This document shows positions 27,518-36,990 of a stretch of 64,000 nt of DNA, in pieces. How positions within the stretch are numbered: position 1 is the stretch's first letter; each line of letters opens with the position of its first letter. Source of the stretch: an uncultured bacterium. Lineage in GTDB: Bacteria; Verrucomicrobiota; Verrucomicrobiia; Verrucomicrobiales; DEV007. The notes under the pieces were generated by a model that was not told the origin of the DNA, did not search any database, and worked only from the letters and a program-made list of their open reading frames with translations. The stretch spans positions 11,731 through 75,730 of the forward strand of contig CAXBMO010000031.1 of assembly GCA_963977015.1 (NCBI GenBank), given 5' to 3'. Position numbers and translations under genes: made by a program.

Positions 27518-27661
27518 AAGGTTAGGGAGCGTTTGAATTCTCAATTCCAACCGACCTGGATTTCCGATGCCATTTCCCGACAATCGCAGTTTGGCAATGC
27601 GTCATGAGGGAAGCCTAGCGAAGGCCCCGAGCCGGACAAGCCTGGAAAACGAACTTCGCGC

Positions 27662-29020
27662 TTGCTGATGAGTCATTCGAATCGAGCATGCGCCGTGCCG
27701 AAACTCTGGGATCCCAATGTACCGTTCGCTCCATCACGATTACCCTTTTTCTACGGCTGGGTAATTGTTCTTGGCGCGACGATTGGCACCCTTTTCAGCA
27801 TCCCCGGGCAAACGATGGGGTTCAGCGTTTTTACCGACGTGATGATGCGGGAACTGAACCTGAATCGGATCCTCCTCAGCACCGCGTATTGCATTGGCAC
27901 GGTCGCCAGTGGCCTCACACTGCCCTGGCTCGGAAAAATTTTTGACGCCTGGGGTGCGCGACGCATGGTCGTGGCCTCATCATTCGCCACGGGGTTGATC
28001 CTTTTCTATCTCAGCCAATCGGCTCAGCTCGCTCACTTTCTCTCAAGCCCGTTTGAGGCGGAGATCCACCCCGCCATTTCCTTTGTCATCATCGGGCTCG
28101 GGTTTTACATGATTCGCGTCTCGGCCCAGGGCGTCCTCACCATGAGTTGCCGAAACGCGGTGGGTAAGTGGTTCGATCGCAAACGCGGGAATGCGATTTC
28201 CGCCAGCCAGCTGCTGGTATCGCTGGGCTTCTCTCTCGCGCCCGTCGTCCTGCTATCCATGATCAACCGGTTTGGATACGACGGCGCCTGGCAAATTCTG
28301 GGACTACTGACGCTTTTCGTGATGGTGCCGATTGGCTGGCTGATTATCCGCGACAACCCGGAGGAATGCGGGCTCGCAATGGACGGAGCCATCGGCGAGC
28401 AGGCCCCTTCTTCCAATCTGGACATGGTCATCAAACGCGATTTTTCGCGTTCCGAAGCCCTCCGCACCGTCTCTTTCTGGTCCTTCAACCTGTCGCTGGC
28501 CTGGGTTGGGCTCTTCGTCACCGCCTTCACCTTTCACATTGAATCCATCGGCTCCGATTTTGGCTTCGACCGCCAGGCAATCGTTGAGAAATTCTTTCCC
28601 ATGGCGGTCTGCAGCGTCTCGACCAATCTCATTTTCGGGATGCTGAGTTCGCGAATTCGCATCAAGTGGCTCCTTCTGACCATGAACCTGGCCAGCGTCT
28701 GCGGAGCCATCGGGCTGCTCTTTCTGACTACCCCAACCGGACTTTGGGCTTACATTATTGGGAATGGAATGGCGGGCGGCGGGTTTGTCAGCATCGGTGG
28801 AATTATCTGGCCACGCTTTTTTGGCCGACGCTGGCTTGGGGCGGTCAGCGGCGCCAGCATGTCGACGATCGTGATCGCCAGTGGAATCGGCCCCCTCGGT
28901 TTCGCGATTTCCAAGCATCTGACCTCCAGCTACGAGCCGGCATTGATCGCCAGCTTCATCATTCCGCTGCTTCTCGCGATCTCCAGTATCTGGGCCGAAA
29001 ACCCGCAGCGAAAGGTCTAA
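27662..29020 (+). CDS. MFS transporter
   Basis: FFYGWVIV, GKIFDAWGAR, WFDRKRGNA, FFGRRWLGAV; about 12 hydrophobic segments. Confidence 0.88.
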   Translation: MLMSHSNRACAVPKLWDPNVPFAPSRLPFFYGWVIVLGATIGTLFSIPGQTMGFSVFTDVMMRELNLNRILLSTAYCIGTVASGLTLPWLGKIFDAWGARRMVVASSFATGLILFYLSQSAQLAHFLSSPFEAEIHPAISFVIIGLGFYMIRVSAQGVLTMSCRNAVGKWFDRKRGNAISASQLLVSLGFSLAPVVLLSMINRFGYDGAWQILGLLTLFVMVPIGWLIIRDNPEECGLAMDGAIGEQAPSSNLDMVIKRDFSRSEALRTVSFWSFNLSLAWVGLFVTAFTFHIESIGSDFGFDRQAIVEKFFPMAVCSVSTNLIFGMLSSRIRIKWLLLTMNLASVCGAIGLLFLTTPTGLWAYIIGNGMAGGGFVSIGGIIWPRFFGRRWLGAVSGASMSTIVIASGIGPLGFAISKHLTSSYEPALIASFIIPLLLAISSIWAENPQRKV

Positions 29021-29222
29021 GGGGGCGTTTAATAATGAGGTCGAGTCGCGCTGCGAGTGATTTTGTCGCCTGGGAATGATGGCTCGCGGCGGCGATGAGC
29101 CTTCTCACAAAGCCCCGAACAGCATTTCCAGTCGGGAAAAGCGCCGCATCTCAAGATCATGCGAAGCCAATCTTTAAAAAAGAGGAACAACTTGCGCGTC
29201 CGTCATCATTTTTAAACGCTCC

Positions 29223-31739
29223 CTAAGTCAGAATCTCTGAGAAATCGATGATCCCTTTCCGGATCGAATAGACCACGGTATCAAGCGCGATCTCTTCGGG
29301 GTAGGCAAATCGGTCGACCATATTCTGGAGGATCGTCTCAACCTGATCCCGAATGTCATCGGAGCATTCCTCGAACTTCTTGAGGTTGTTCTGCCGCTGA
29401 AAGAACCCATTGCGAAGCTCTTCCGGATTGATGCCCTCAACGGATTTCCGATGAGAAAGCAATGCGGTGTATTCGGATGAGAAGCAGTGAAGCAGATTGT
29501 CGTTCCTGCTCGTGATGATCGGCTTGTCTTGTCCTGACGTAATCTCCCCGGCTCCATGAAGATCGAGGAATTTCTGCGCCATCTCCTTGCGGCACTTCTC
29601 CTGATCTCCTCCGGGACGCAAAATCTCACCGACGGAATCGAGAAACTCAAAATCGGGTTGATCCACTTTTTCTCCCGTGTCCGGATCGATATAGGTATAT
29701 CGAGGAACAATGACATGGGCAAACGCCTTGTTCTCCAGGGCCTTATCCAACAGCGCATGCTGCAGATACTTTCGAAGATCGAACTCGATCCTTTCAGGAT
29801 CGCGATTCACGGTGGCAACGGTGATCTCCTTCTTCAGCGTCGAGTGATAGATTCCCTGGACGACCTTAATCAGGCCTTTGTAATCGCCAAAGTCTCCCTC
29901 CCCTTCTTCGAGATGCACGTTTCCAATCTCCCGTTCCATCAACTGGTCTGACTGGCGCTTCGGTCCATCCAATACCAGCCAATGATGCACCTCCGGTCCC
30001 TCCTTCATCACTTGTTCCAATTGGCTCAGAAATACCGACACCGTCACTTTTCTACCATCGGAAATTGCGATGGTATTCCGCATGATGTTTTGCAGTTGGC
30101 GAATCGAGAGGCCAAACTTTCCTTCGTCAGGATATCTCTCCTGGAAGAGCTCCCTCATGAATTCATCGTCGATGAGTGCGATCTCATCCGTGGCAAACAG
30201 CCCGGAATCCTCCAACGAGACCGCATCCCGGTGACGAATCACAAACCCGTTCACAAAGTCTTCGTTGTTGAGATCGAGCCCCAATCGGGCACATTCGTTT
30301 CGAAACGGATGCCAGGGTGGCAATTTCCGAATCGTCCTTACCGGATCTTCCGAACGATTGCTGTAGATAAAGAGCTTCTGCTCGGGAGTGATCGAGGAGT
30401 AGAGATCCTGTTGTTCTTCACTCCAATGCGGCGGGAACTGAGTCCTTGCCGGCGGAAAGAGTCGCGTGAGAACCGAGTAATAGGCGGCGACCCGGATCAA
30501 ATTCGGATCAATATCGTACTTCTGGCGAACGTTCGCCATGTCACGATGCAAAATATCCATCTCAGAAATGGCATCGAGAAGATAGTTCACCGGAACCTTC
30601 TCGATTCGATCCAGGAGTTTGCTGGATGTTAGCTGTTCGTCCAATCGACGCATTTCCTCCAAATTCGTCGTCATCATGACGGTCGCATCCAGCGAGGCCT
30701 GCGTGAAATCCAGCGTAATCTTTCCCGACCCCAACAACATCAGGAGGGGTTTGTATTCTTGTTCGTCAGGATGAGGTCCATGCCCCCCAAACGCATCATG
30801 AATATGCAGCATCCCGCGGTTGGAGGAAAGCAGAGCTCCTTCATACTGATACGTCAGCCGCCCCTGAAGATGGTCGTTGAGCAAGCGCATGTCGTGATCA
30901 TCCAGATTGATCGGCCGGACTCTCACCTGGAGCTGTCGCATATCATCCACGTTCGCGATTCCCTTGCCCCGTGCGACAGAATACTCCACCTCCTCAACCC
31001 GCACATATTCCTCAATCAACTCGAACAACGTCTTGTGCTCGTTCCGTGGGTTTTTCCTCAAAATCTCAAGGATATCCAGGGAACGCTTGTCCAGAGTCGC
31101 GTATTGATAGTAGGAAGGAATGGAAACCCGCTTATCGCTATCCTGCAATTTCGTGACATGATCGAAAATTTCCTGCCTCGGACGGGATACGGATCCATCA
31201 TCGTTCTGCAACGTGATTGGAAAGAGCAGGATCGGGTTGGGCATGAGTGAGGAGCGAAGCTCCAACTGCCGGCCATCCTCATTTCCCAGCCGGAAGAAAA
31301 ACGTGTACTGCTTCAACGGAGCTTCCTTGGAATACTCCTCAATCGCTTTCGCGATTAAGTCCGCAATATTGGTCTTCCCTGAAGCGGGAGGTCCGACCAA
31401 CACAATCCCCCGCTTCGGCCCGGATTCCTTATCGACAGACTCAATCACATCCACAATCCGCTTGATGCAGAATTCTTGGCCGTATACGGCATTGATTCCG
31501 TTCGAAAATTGATCTTGGAAGACTTTGTAGCGCAAACACGGCTCGCCACTTCGAACCACCGCTTCCACGCCAAAATGCTTGATGGCTTCAAGCATAATTG
31601 ATGCAGAAGTCTTCAGGACGCTGGTTGGTTCCTCAATAAAACGCTCAACAAACTGTGAGAAGCGCATACTGCTCCTCCTCTCCGTCCCCAGGAGGCTCTT
31701 ATAGTCGAAGTGTTCGGTAAAGTTTTTTGGTTCTTCCAT
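29223..31739 (-). CDS. PrkA/YeaG family AAA+/kinase protein, divergent second paralogue
   Basis: Walker A GPPASGKT, GAL..SNRGMLHI, LLDRIEKVPVNYLL, EGKFGLS.R. Confidence 0.75.
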   Translation of the reverse strand: MEEPKNFTEHFDYKSLLGTERRSSMRFSQFVERFIEEPTSVLKTSASIMLEAIKHFGVEAVVRSGEPCLRYKVFQDQFSNGINAVYGQEFCIKRIVDVIESVDKESGPKRGIVLVGPPASGKTNIADLIAKAIEEYSKEAPLKQYTFFFRLGNEDGRQLELRSSLMPNPILLFPITLQNDDGSVSRPRQEIFDHVTKLQDSDKRVSIPSYYQYATLDKRSLDILEILRKNPRNEHKTLFELIEEYVRVEEVEYSVARGKGIANVDDMRQLQVRVRPINLDDHDMRLLNDHLQGRLTYQYEGALLSSNRGMLHIHDAFGGHGPHPDEQEYKPLLMLLGSGKITLDFTQASLDATVMMTTNLEEMRRLDEQLTSSKLLDRIEKVPVNYLLDAISEMDILHRDMANVRQKYDIDPNLIRVAAYYSVLTRLFPPARTQFPPHWSEEQQDLYSSITPEQKLFIYSNRSEDPVRTIRKLPPWHPFRNECARLGLDLNNEDFVNGFVIRHRDAVSLEDSGLFATDEIALIDDEFMRELFQERYPDEGKFGLSIRQLQNIMRNTIAISDGRKVTVSVFLSQLEQVMKEGPEVHHWLVLDGPKRQSDQLMEREIGNVHLEEGEGDFGDYKGLIKVVQGIYHSTLKKEITVATVNRDPERIEFDLRKYLQHALLDKALENKAFAHVIVPRYTYIDPDTGEKVDQPDFEFLDSVGEILRPGGDQEKCRKEMAQKFLDLHGAGEITSGQDKPIITSRNDNLLHCFSSEYTALLSHRKSVEGINPEELRNGFFQRQNNLKKFEECSDDIRDQVETILQNMVDRFAYPEEIALDTVVYSIRKGIIDFSEILT

Positions 31740-31750
31740 ATAACGAAAAG

Positions 31751-33376
31751 CTAAATTCTAAACGGTTTCTCACCGCTACGCATACGGTCCGCAACCTCGG
31801 CAAAATCGGGTGCCGTCACCGCTTCCTTGCGAAATTTTCCGGCGGAGAGCGTGTAGAGAGAATCCTTGCACAACAAGGATACGGCTCCCTTCCAGATCAT
31901 GTTGATATTCTTCAGGGTTGGTTTGATCCACTTCTTGCGGAGATCCCTGCCATCGTCTCGATGATAGAGAAGCAAGCCGCCCTCCATGAAATCAACATCA
32001 ATGAGGTAAATTCGCGGACGATAGAAGTGGGTAAAGAATTCCAGCATCTCTTCTTTGACCGGCTTGGGGTCAATCCAGACAAACTGGGCATTTTCTTTGG
32101 CCACGTCATTGGCGCGGATCCCGAGTTGGGTGGCATAGGCCTTGGGTATTCGATTGAGATGAAATTCCTCAACAAGGGACTCATTCAAAAACCGCCGGAG
32201 AAACTCGTAATCCGTGCAGGTCTTGACGATCTTCTCCATTTCCGTCAACGGATCCGTTCCCTTGGGCCGGTTCCAAGTCTGTTTCGTCGCCATATCCGTC
32301 TCTTCCATGTAGTCCAGACTGACACGGCCCTGACGAAACAACTCTTCAATGTGTTTCCACATATAGAATCCCAAGTGATACGGGTTCCGTTGAAAATAGG
32401 GACGCGGATAGCAGACACCGGCAAAGATCTTGCAGTAATCGATGATTCCAGAGCAGGCTTTTTCAGCGAAGAGCTCCTTCATGATCTTATGCTCCCAATG
32501 CATTGCCCAGCCCTCATTCATGATCTGGGTTCGAATCACGAAATCCTGGGTCGAATTCACGGTGTAGAGGTAATCCAGAATGGAGCGCTCTCCCCGACTG
32601 GTCGGTGCAAACCGGCGCAGAAACCCCATGATGTCCTGGCAGGGAGCCCGCAGCTTGTATCCACGACGACTCAACGTCTCCTGGCGCTCTTTCTTGCGCT
32701 GCTCTTTCTTTACCAGGATCTCACCGTCATTCGGGCTCTGAAGAATTTCGCTCAACGTATGAGAATACGGCACCGAAAACATTGGGGCCTTCGGCTTCTC
32801 TTCGCCTTCCTGATAGGACTCCCTCAGCACCAAATCCGTATCGACGGAACTCTCCAGATTATACTGCGAGTTCGGAGAAATCAGCGGCACGAGCGACTCC
32901 GCCGCGTTCCAATACGCCTGATAATGCAGTTCCCCCATCTGGGGACGACTTCGATTCACCTGGTTCGTTAGATGAACCACATATTCGGTACGGTCATCGT
33001 TTGAATCCTTCAGGACATTCAACTCGGAAAACTCGCAATGCCCGACCACGTGCGCCATCACACTCGCCTGCACCATGGGCGAATTCGTTTCATTGAGGTA
33101 GGCATAGGACGGTCTGCCCGTCTGGACGACCTCGTAATAGAGTGAGGATTCCTGACCCGACTCAATTCGATAGCGCTTGGATACCATATCCTTCCCCTCC
33201 CAAATATTGACGGGACTTACGGGGTAGACCCGCTTCAGGAGCAGGGATGCGAACTCCATCGGATCCAAAATGAAAAACCGCATTTCGGGCAACGTTCGCC
33301 CAAACACGTCGACGGCGTAGTGAAGCACGCGATCTTCGAGCGCCTTCAATTCTGGGTCTGTGTGTATCGCTCGCAT
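31751..33376 (-). CDS. spoVR: SpoVR / YcgB family protein
   Basis: YYEVV..G.PSYAYL, VMAHVVGHCEF, TQIMNEGWAMHW, NPYHLGF. Confidence 0.88.
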   Translation of the reverse strand: MRAIHTDPELKALEDRVLHYAVDVFGRTLPEMRFFILDPMEFASLLLKRVYPVSPVNIWEGKDMVSKRYRIESGQESSLYYEVVQTGRPSYAYLNETNSPMVQASVMAHVVGHCEFSELNVLKDSNDDRTEYVVHLTNQVNRSRPQMGELHYQAYWNAAESLVPLISPNSQYNLESSVDTDLVLRESYQEGEEKPKAPMFSVPYSHTLSEILQSPNDGEILVKKEQRKKERQETLSRRGYKLRAPCQDIMGFLRRFAPTSRGERSILDYLYTVNSTQDFVIRTQIMNEGWAMHWEHKIMKELFAEKACSGIIDYCKIFAGVCYPRPYFQRNPYHLGFYMWKHIEELFRQGRVSLDYMEETDMATKQTWNRPKGTDPLTEMEKIVKTCTDYEFLRRFLNESLVEEFHLNRIPKAYATQLGIRANDVAKENAQFVWIDPKPVKEEMLEFFTHFYRPRIYLIDVDFMEGGLLLYHRDDGRDLRKKWIKPTLKNINMIWKGAVSLLCKDSLYTLSAGKFRKEAVTAPDFAEVADRMRSGEKPFRI

Positions 33377-33383
33377 CGGTAGA

Positions 33384-34439
33384 TTAGCTAAACAGGTCTC
33401 TGATTACGTGTTTGATGTCCGAGGAATCGCTCATGGAGGTCAACCTCACGATTGGATCCTCCTCAAACCGCAACTCCAGTCGTTCGTTGAGTTGGCTGAT
33501 GCCACTTGGCTTGACCTCCACGATTCCAACCCGGTTGAATATCGGCGCCATCTCTTTGTCGAGAATGGTGGATATCTCGTCCGCATCTTCCTGAAACACC
33601 TCACCGTCTCCAAAATAGAAGCCATAGAAGTTGGTCGCTGCGACATCGTATTCATTACGAGCCACCTGGCTTACGAGTTCAAAAACGCCACTCGCATACG
33701 TACCTCCGGCATTCTTGATGTTGTAAAACTGGTCGGGAAGAACCTCGTGCGCCTCCGAATCATGAACGAAGAATCGATGCTCCACTTTGTTGGCTCCGTA
33801 GTTAAAATCCAACCAGTGTTCAATGAAGTTCACGACCCGCTTCTCCAACTTCAGTCGATCTCCATAGGTTGAGTAGGAAATATCACCCATATAGAAAACC
33901 ACCGCTTGAAAACGCGGCTTCTCGATCCGTTCCGGCAGTTTGAATCTCCGATCCCTTCGCCGAATCTGGATCGCGTAACGCCTTTCCAGAGGATTGTAAG
34001 TCTTCGTCCCAATGCTGGTTTTCAGGGCACGCTTAAACGTGCGCTTCTTATCGAGAATGATCCCGGCGGTCCCATACGTTTTGAATTCGTAGCTGACTTC
34101 CTTGATCCTCCCCTGACCTGTCTTCAGAAGACGAGGCAGCTTCAGCTTTTCCGCGATCAGTTCCATCAACAAATCAAACGACACTGAGAAGCTGATTTTC
34201 TCAGCGCCCCGTCCCGGGCCCTCGCCGCCTTTGCCTCCACCGCCCTCGCTCTCATCACCATACGTGAAGCGGGGAGGACTGATATCGTTCATGTCGACGA
34301 TGATCTCACTGTCCCTCCCACCAAGGGTGGAAAGGTCACCTTCATTGACGATATTATCCAACAACTCCTCCAGGTGATCATTGACAAAGTCATTGAACAC
34401 TCCCTCGGATTCCGCTGAATCAATTTTGTCTTCAGTCAT
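33384..34439 (-). CDS. DUF444 (YeaH/YhbH) vWA-like protein
   Basis: Gly-rich GGGGKGGEGPG, LKLPRL, LDKKRT, AVVFYMGDISYS, GGT..S, GDG. Confidence 0.82.
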   Translation of the reverse strand: MTEDKIDSAESEGVFNDFVNDHLEELLDNIVNEGDLSTLGGRDSEIIVDMNDISPPRFTYGDESEGGGGKGGEGPGRGAEKISFSVSFDLLMELIAEKLKLPRLLKTGQGRIKEVSYEFKTYGTAGIILDKKRTFKRALKTSIGTKTYNPLERRYAIQIRRRDRRFKLPERIEKPRFQAVVFYMGDISYSTYGDRLKLEKRVVNFIEHWLDFNYGANKVEHRFFVHDSEAHEVLPDQFYNIKNAGGTYASGVFELVSQVARNEYDVAATNFYGFYFGDGEVFQEDADEISTILDKEMAPIFNRVGIVEVKPSGISQLNERLELRFEEDPIVRLTSMSDSSDIKHVIRDLFS

Positions 34440-34508
34440 CGTTATGGGATCAACTTAGGTTTGTTGTTAGGATTCCGGGCATTCTGCCCGAATCCCAAGA
34501 GGCGGGCA

Positions 34509-36728
34509 TTAGAGAACGATGCTTGATGCGTTGGCTGTAATCGCCAAGGCCTGGAACGCACACTTCCCACAGTAGCCACGCTTCTCCATCAGATAGCGAA
34601 TCGTGTCGTTCAGCTGTTCCTGCTCTTTCGAGTGCACATTGGCAGCGCTGGTGCCGCTCTTGATCCAGCCAAGAAGTTTCATGTTCTCGCCAGATTTGAA
34701 CTCATTCTCAAAGACGTATTTCTTGATCGCACTTTGATAGGAAGGCTCGTCCTCAAGCAGAACCTGGTAACTCACGCTGGAGATCGCATCCGAGAGTTCT
34801 TTCCGGAAAACGTCCTTCTCCGGAATTCCGAGATACTGTTCGATGCTCTGCATGAACTTCTCATCTGGATTCACGTCATTCTGAGTCACCTCATGCTTGA
34901 CGGTCGTATTGTGAGCATAGGCGCGAACGTGATCCGTATACTTGCGCCACGTCGTCTCGATCACCGAGTCATCTCGGAGAATCGCACCATAAACATCACT
35001 GGCAATTTGGCCAAAGACCCATTTTTTCGCCTGTGGCAGCACCTTCTCAACATAGTGACTCAACTTGGTCTTCTCAGAAGCGAACCCGTCCTTCATGTAG
35101 TTTTCCATGCGGACATGGAGGTCGAGAGGAGTCACACAGGGATTCTCCATCGCAATCGATCCCAATACGGACTGGTCGCCTTCATCCTTCTGCAGTTGCA
35201 TCAGGTTCGCGACATATTCGCTAATCTGGAAGTGCTCCGTATTCTCAAAGACGTTTTGAACAAATCGGGGATCCAGGCCAAAGGTTCCTTCCGACGGCTT
35301 CACATATTGGAACTCGTCGATGATCATCTTCGCCATATTGTTATCGACCCCACTATCCGACCTTCCCGCATAGATGAGGGCCTTCTGAAGAAGTGAAATA
35401 TTCGGATTCGCCTTTGACTCATACAGCCTCGACATCACCGCGACGAGACTGAGGATTTCAAGACTGTGCGGCGCAACGTGGGCGATGTGCTTCCGCTTTT
35501 TGTTCCAGTTCCGGGTGTTGTTGGAATAGGTATAGCGATAGATGAACTCTTCTTGCTTAAAATCGACCGACAACGGCATTTCAATAAACGTCGTCCGTGA
35601 GCGCAAGGCTTCGAACGACGCATTCGCCATGAACATATTGTATTCATGGAAGTTGGTATGACCGATGATGATGCCGTTGAACGGAATCGGCGGCTGCCCC
35701 TCAGGTTTGAAGAAGCGATCCTGCGTCGCGAAGAGCAACTCATAGAGAAACTTATCCGACAGCTTCAAGATTTCGTGGATCTCAACAAAACCGTTCGCTC
35801 CCGCGCAAAGCTCACCCTGATAATCGTGAACCAAGGGGTGCGACTCGCTTCCAAAAATCGGCAACCGGCTGTAGTCCAGATTTCCGACGAGCGATCCAGC
35901 CTCCTGACTTTTCTCGTCGCGAGGCGTATAAGAGCCAATTCCCGTTTTGGTTTGGGAATCGTAAATCATTCGCTTCACCTTCAAGAAGCCGAGCATCTCC
36001 TTGAAGCTTAGTCCCCGATCCTTTTGAAACTGATCCAAGACGTATTGCGCATAGGGCGAAATTCTGCCGGTGATCTGAATATTAAAGTTGTTGTCATAGT
36101 GTGGATGCCTTTCGAGGAATCCAGCAATGGCATCTTGATCGATTTGATCGGTCAACTCCTTCGCAAACTGTTCCCGCAAATCATAAGGGATGACCTGAAG
36201 GGGACGCTCGTAGAGCGGTGCCTGTAAATAGTGAATCCCGTCTTCCGTAAACAGCGCCCGGTCCTTGAGGCGGTCATCAACCGTCGGGAGGAGCAGGGTG
36301 TAGGTCTTGCCCTCATTCGATTTCGAATACCGGTTAAGTGCCAACTTGATCGCATCCATGGAGCGCGACTTGGCGGAACCTGGAGGCCCTAACAGAATCC
36401 AAAGTCGTTTGGTCGCCTCAGCTCCGCGGCTGGCGTTGTCGATCTTCTCGACCAGGTTCTCCTTGGCCTTCTGCGCACCAAAAACCACAAACTTGCCAAT
36501 CAGTTCTTCCGTTTCGAAGAATTTGTATTGATGAACGACCGGTTTTCCCGTGACAATGGAATGCTCAACGCCACGCGAAAGCATCATGTCATGAAGAATT
36601 TGCGGAGAATCGCGGGTAACCCACGGTTCGGTTCGAACAAGCCCTAAGTATTCATCAAAAGTGAAGATTGAGTTATCTCCGTTCGAGCTGGGCTGCTCAT
36701 CAAATAGTTTGGCTAATTTCTGATCCAT
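34509..36728 (-). CDS. prkA: PrkA/YeaG family serine kinase / AAA+ ATPase
   Basis: LLGPPGSAKS, P.DEKSQE..L.G, GELCAGANGFVEIHEILK, IIIGHTN..EY, EGTFGLDPRFV, GYC..CA. Confidence 0.88.
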   Translation of the reverse strand: MDQKLAKLFDEQPSSNGDNSIFTFDEYLGLVRTEPWVTRDSPQILHDMMLSRGVEHSIVTGKPVVHQYKFFETEELIGKFVVFGAQKAKENLVEKIDNASRGAEATKRLWILLGPPGSAKSRSMDAIKLALNRYSKSNEGKTYTLLLPTVDDRLKDRALFTEDGIHYLQAPLYERPLQVIPYDLREQFAKELTDQIDQDAIAGFLERHPHYDNNFNIQITGRISPYAQYVLDQFQKDRGLSFKEMLGFLKVKRMIYDSQTKTGIGSYTPRDEKSQEAGSLVGNLDYSRLPIFGSESHPLVHDYQGELCAGANGFVEIHEILKLSDKFLYELLFATQDRFFKPEGQPPIPFNGIIIGHTNFHEYNMFMANASFEALRSRTTFIEMPLSVDFKQEEFIYRYTYSNNTRNWNKKRKHIAHVAPHSLEILSLVAVMSRLYESKANPNISLLQKALIYAGRSDSGVDNNMAKMIIDEFQYVKPSEGTFGLDPRFVQNVFENTEHFQISEYVANLMQLQKDEGDQSVLGSIAMENPCVTPLDLHVRMENYMKDGFASEKTKLSHYVEKVLPQAKKWVFGQIASDVYGAILRDDSVIETTWRKYTDHVRAYAHNTTVKHEVTQNDVNPDEKFMQSIEQYLGIPEKDVFRKELSDAISSVSYQVLLEDEPSYQSAIKKYVFENEFKSGENMKLLGWIKSGTSAANVHSKEQEQLNDTIRYLMEKRGYCGKCAFQALAITANASSIVL

Positions 36729-36990
36729 ATAGGGAAGGTTTGGCGTTATTCCTGCCCCTCTCAGGGCAAGCTGGGGGTTTACTCGCTAAACGACCCTCTT
36801 TGGACGTGTTTACACCACACTTCTTCGACCCAAATTAAGGATCAAAAAAAGGTGGTGGAGACACACAGTTAGGGACTGGATCTTTGTGATGTCTCTACCG
36901 TTCGGGGGTCCATTTAGAGTATCCGGCCAATCATTCTTGTCCAAATAAATCGACCCCAATTGGCTCCAAACCCCTTCAAAATGTCCGTTT

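Noticed and set aside
31727-32971. 414-aa + strand ORF, and similar long antisense ORFs (3782-4915, 20714-21934, 37960-39012)
   Set aside because: Shadow frames opposite well-supported genes, with no recognisable motifs; expected in GC-rich DNA.
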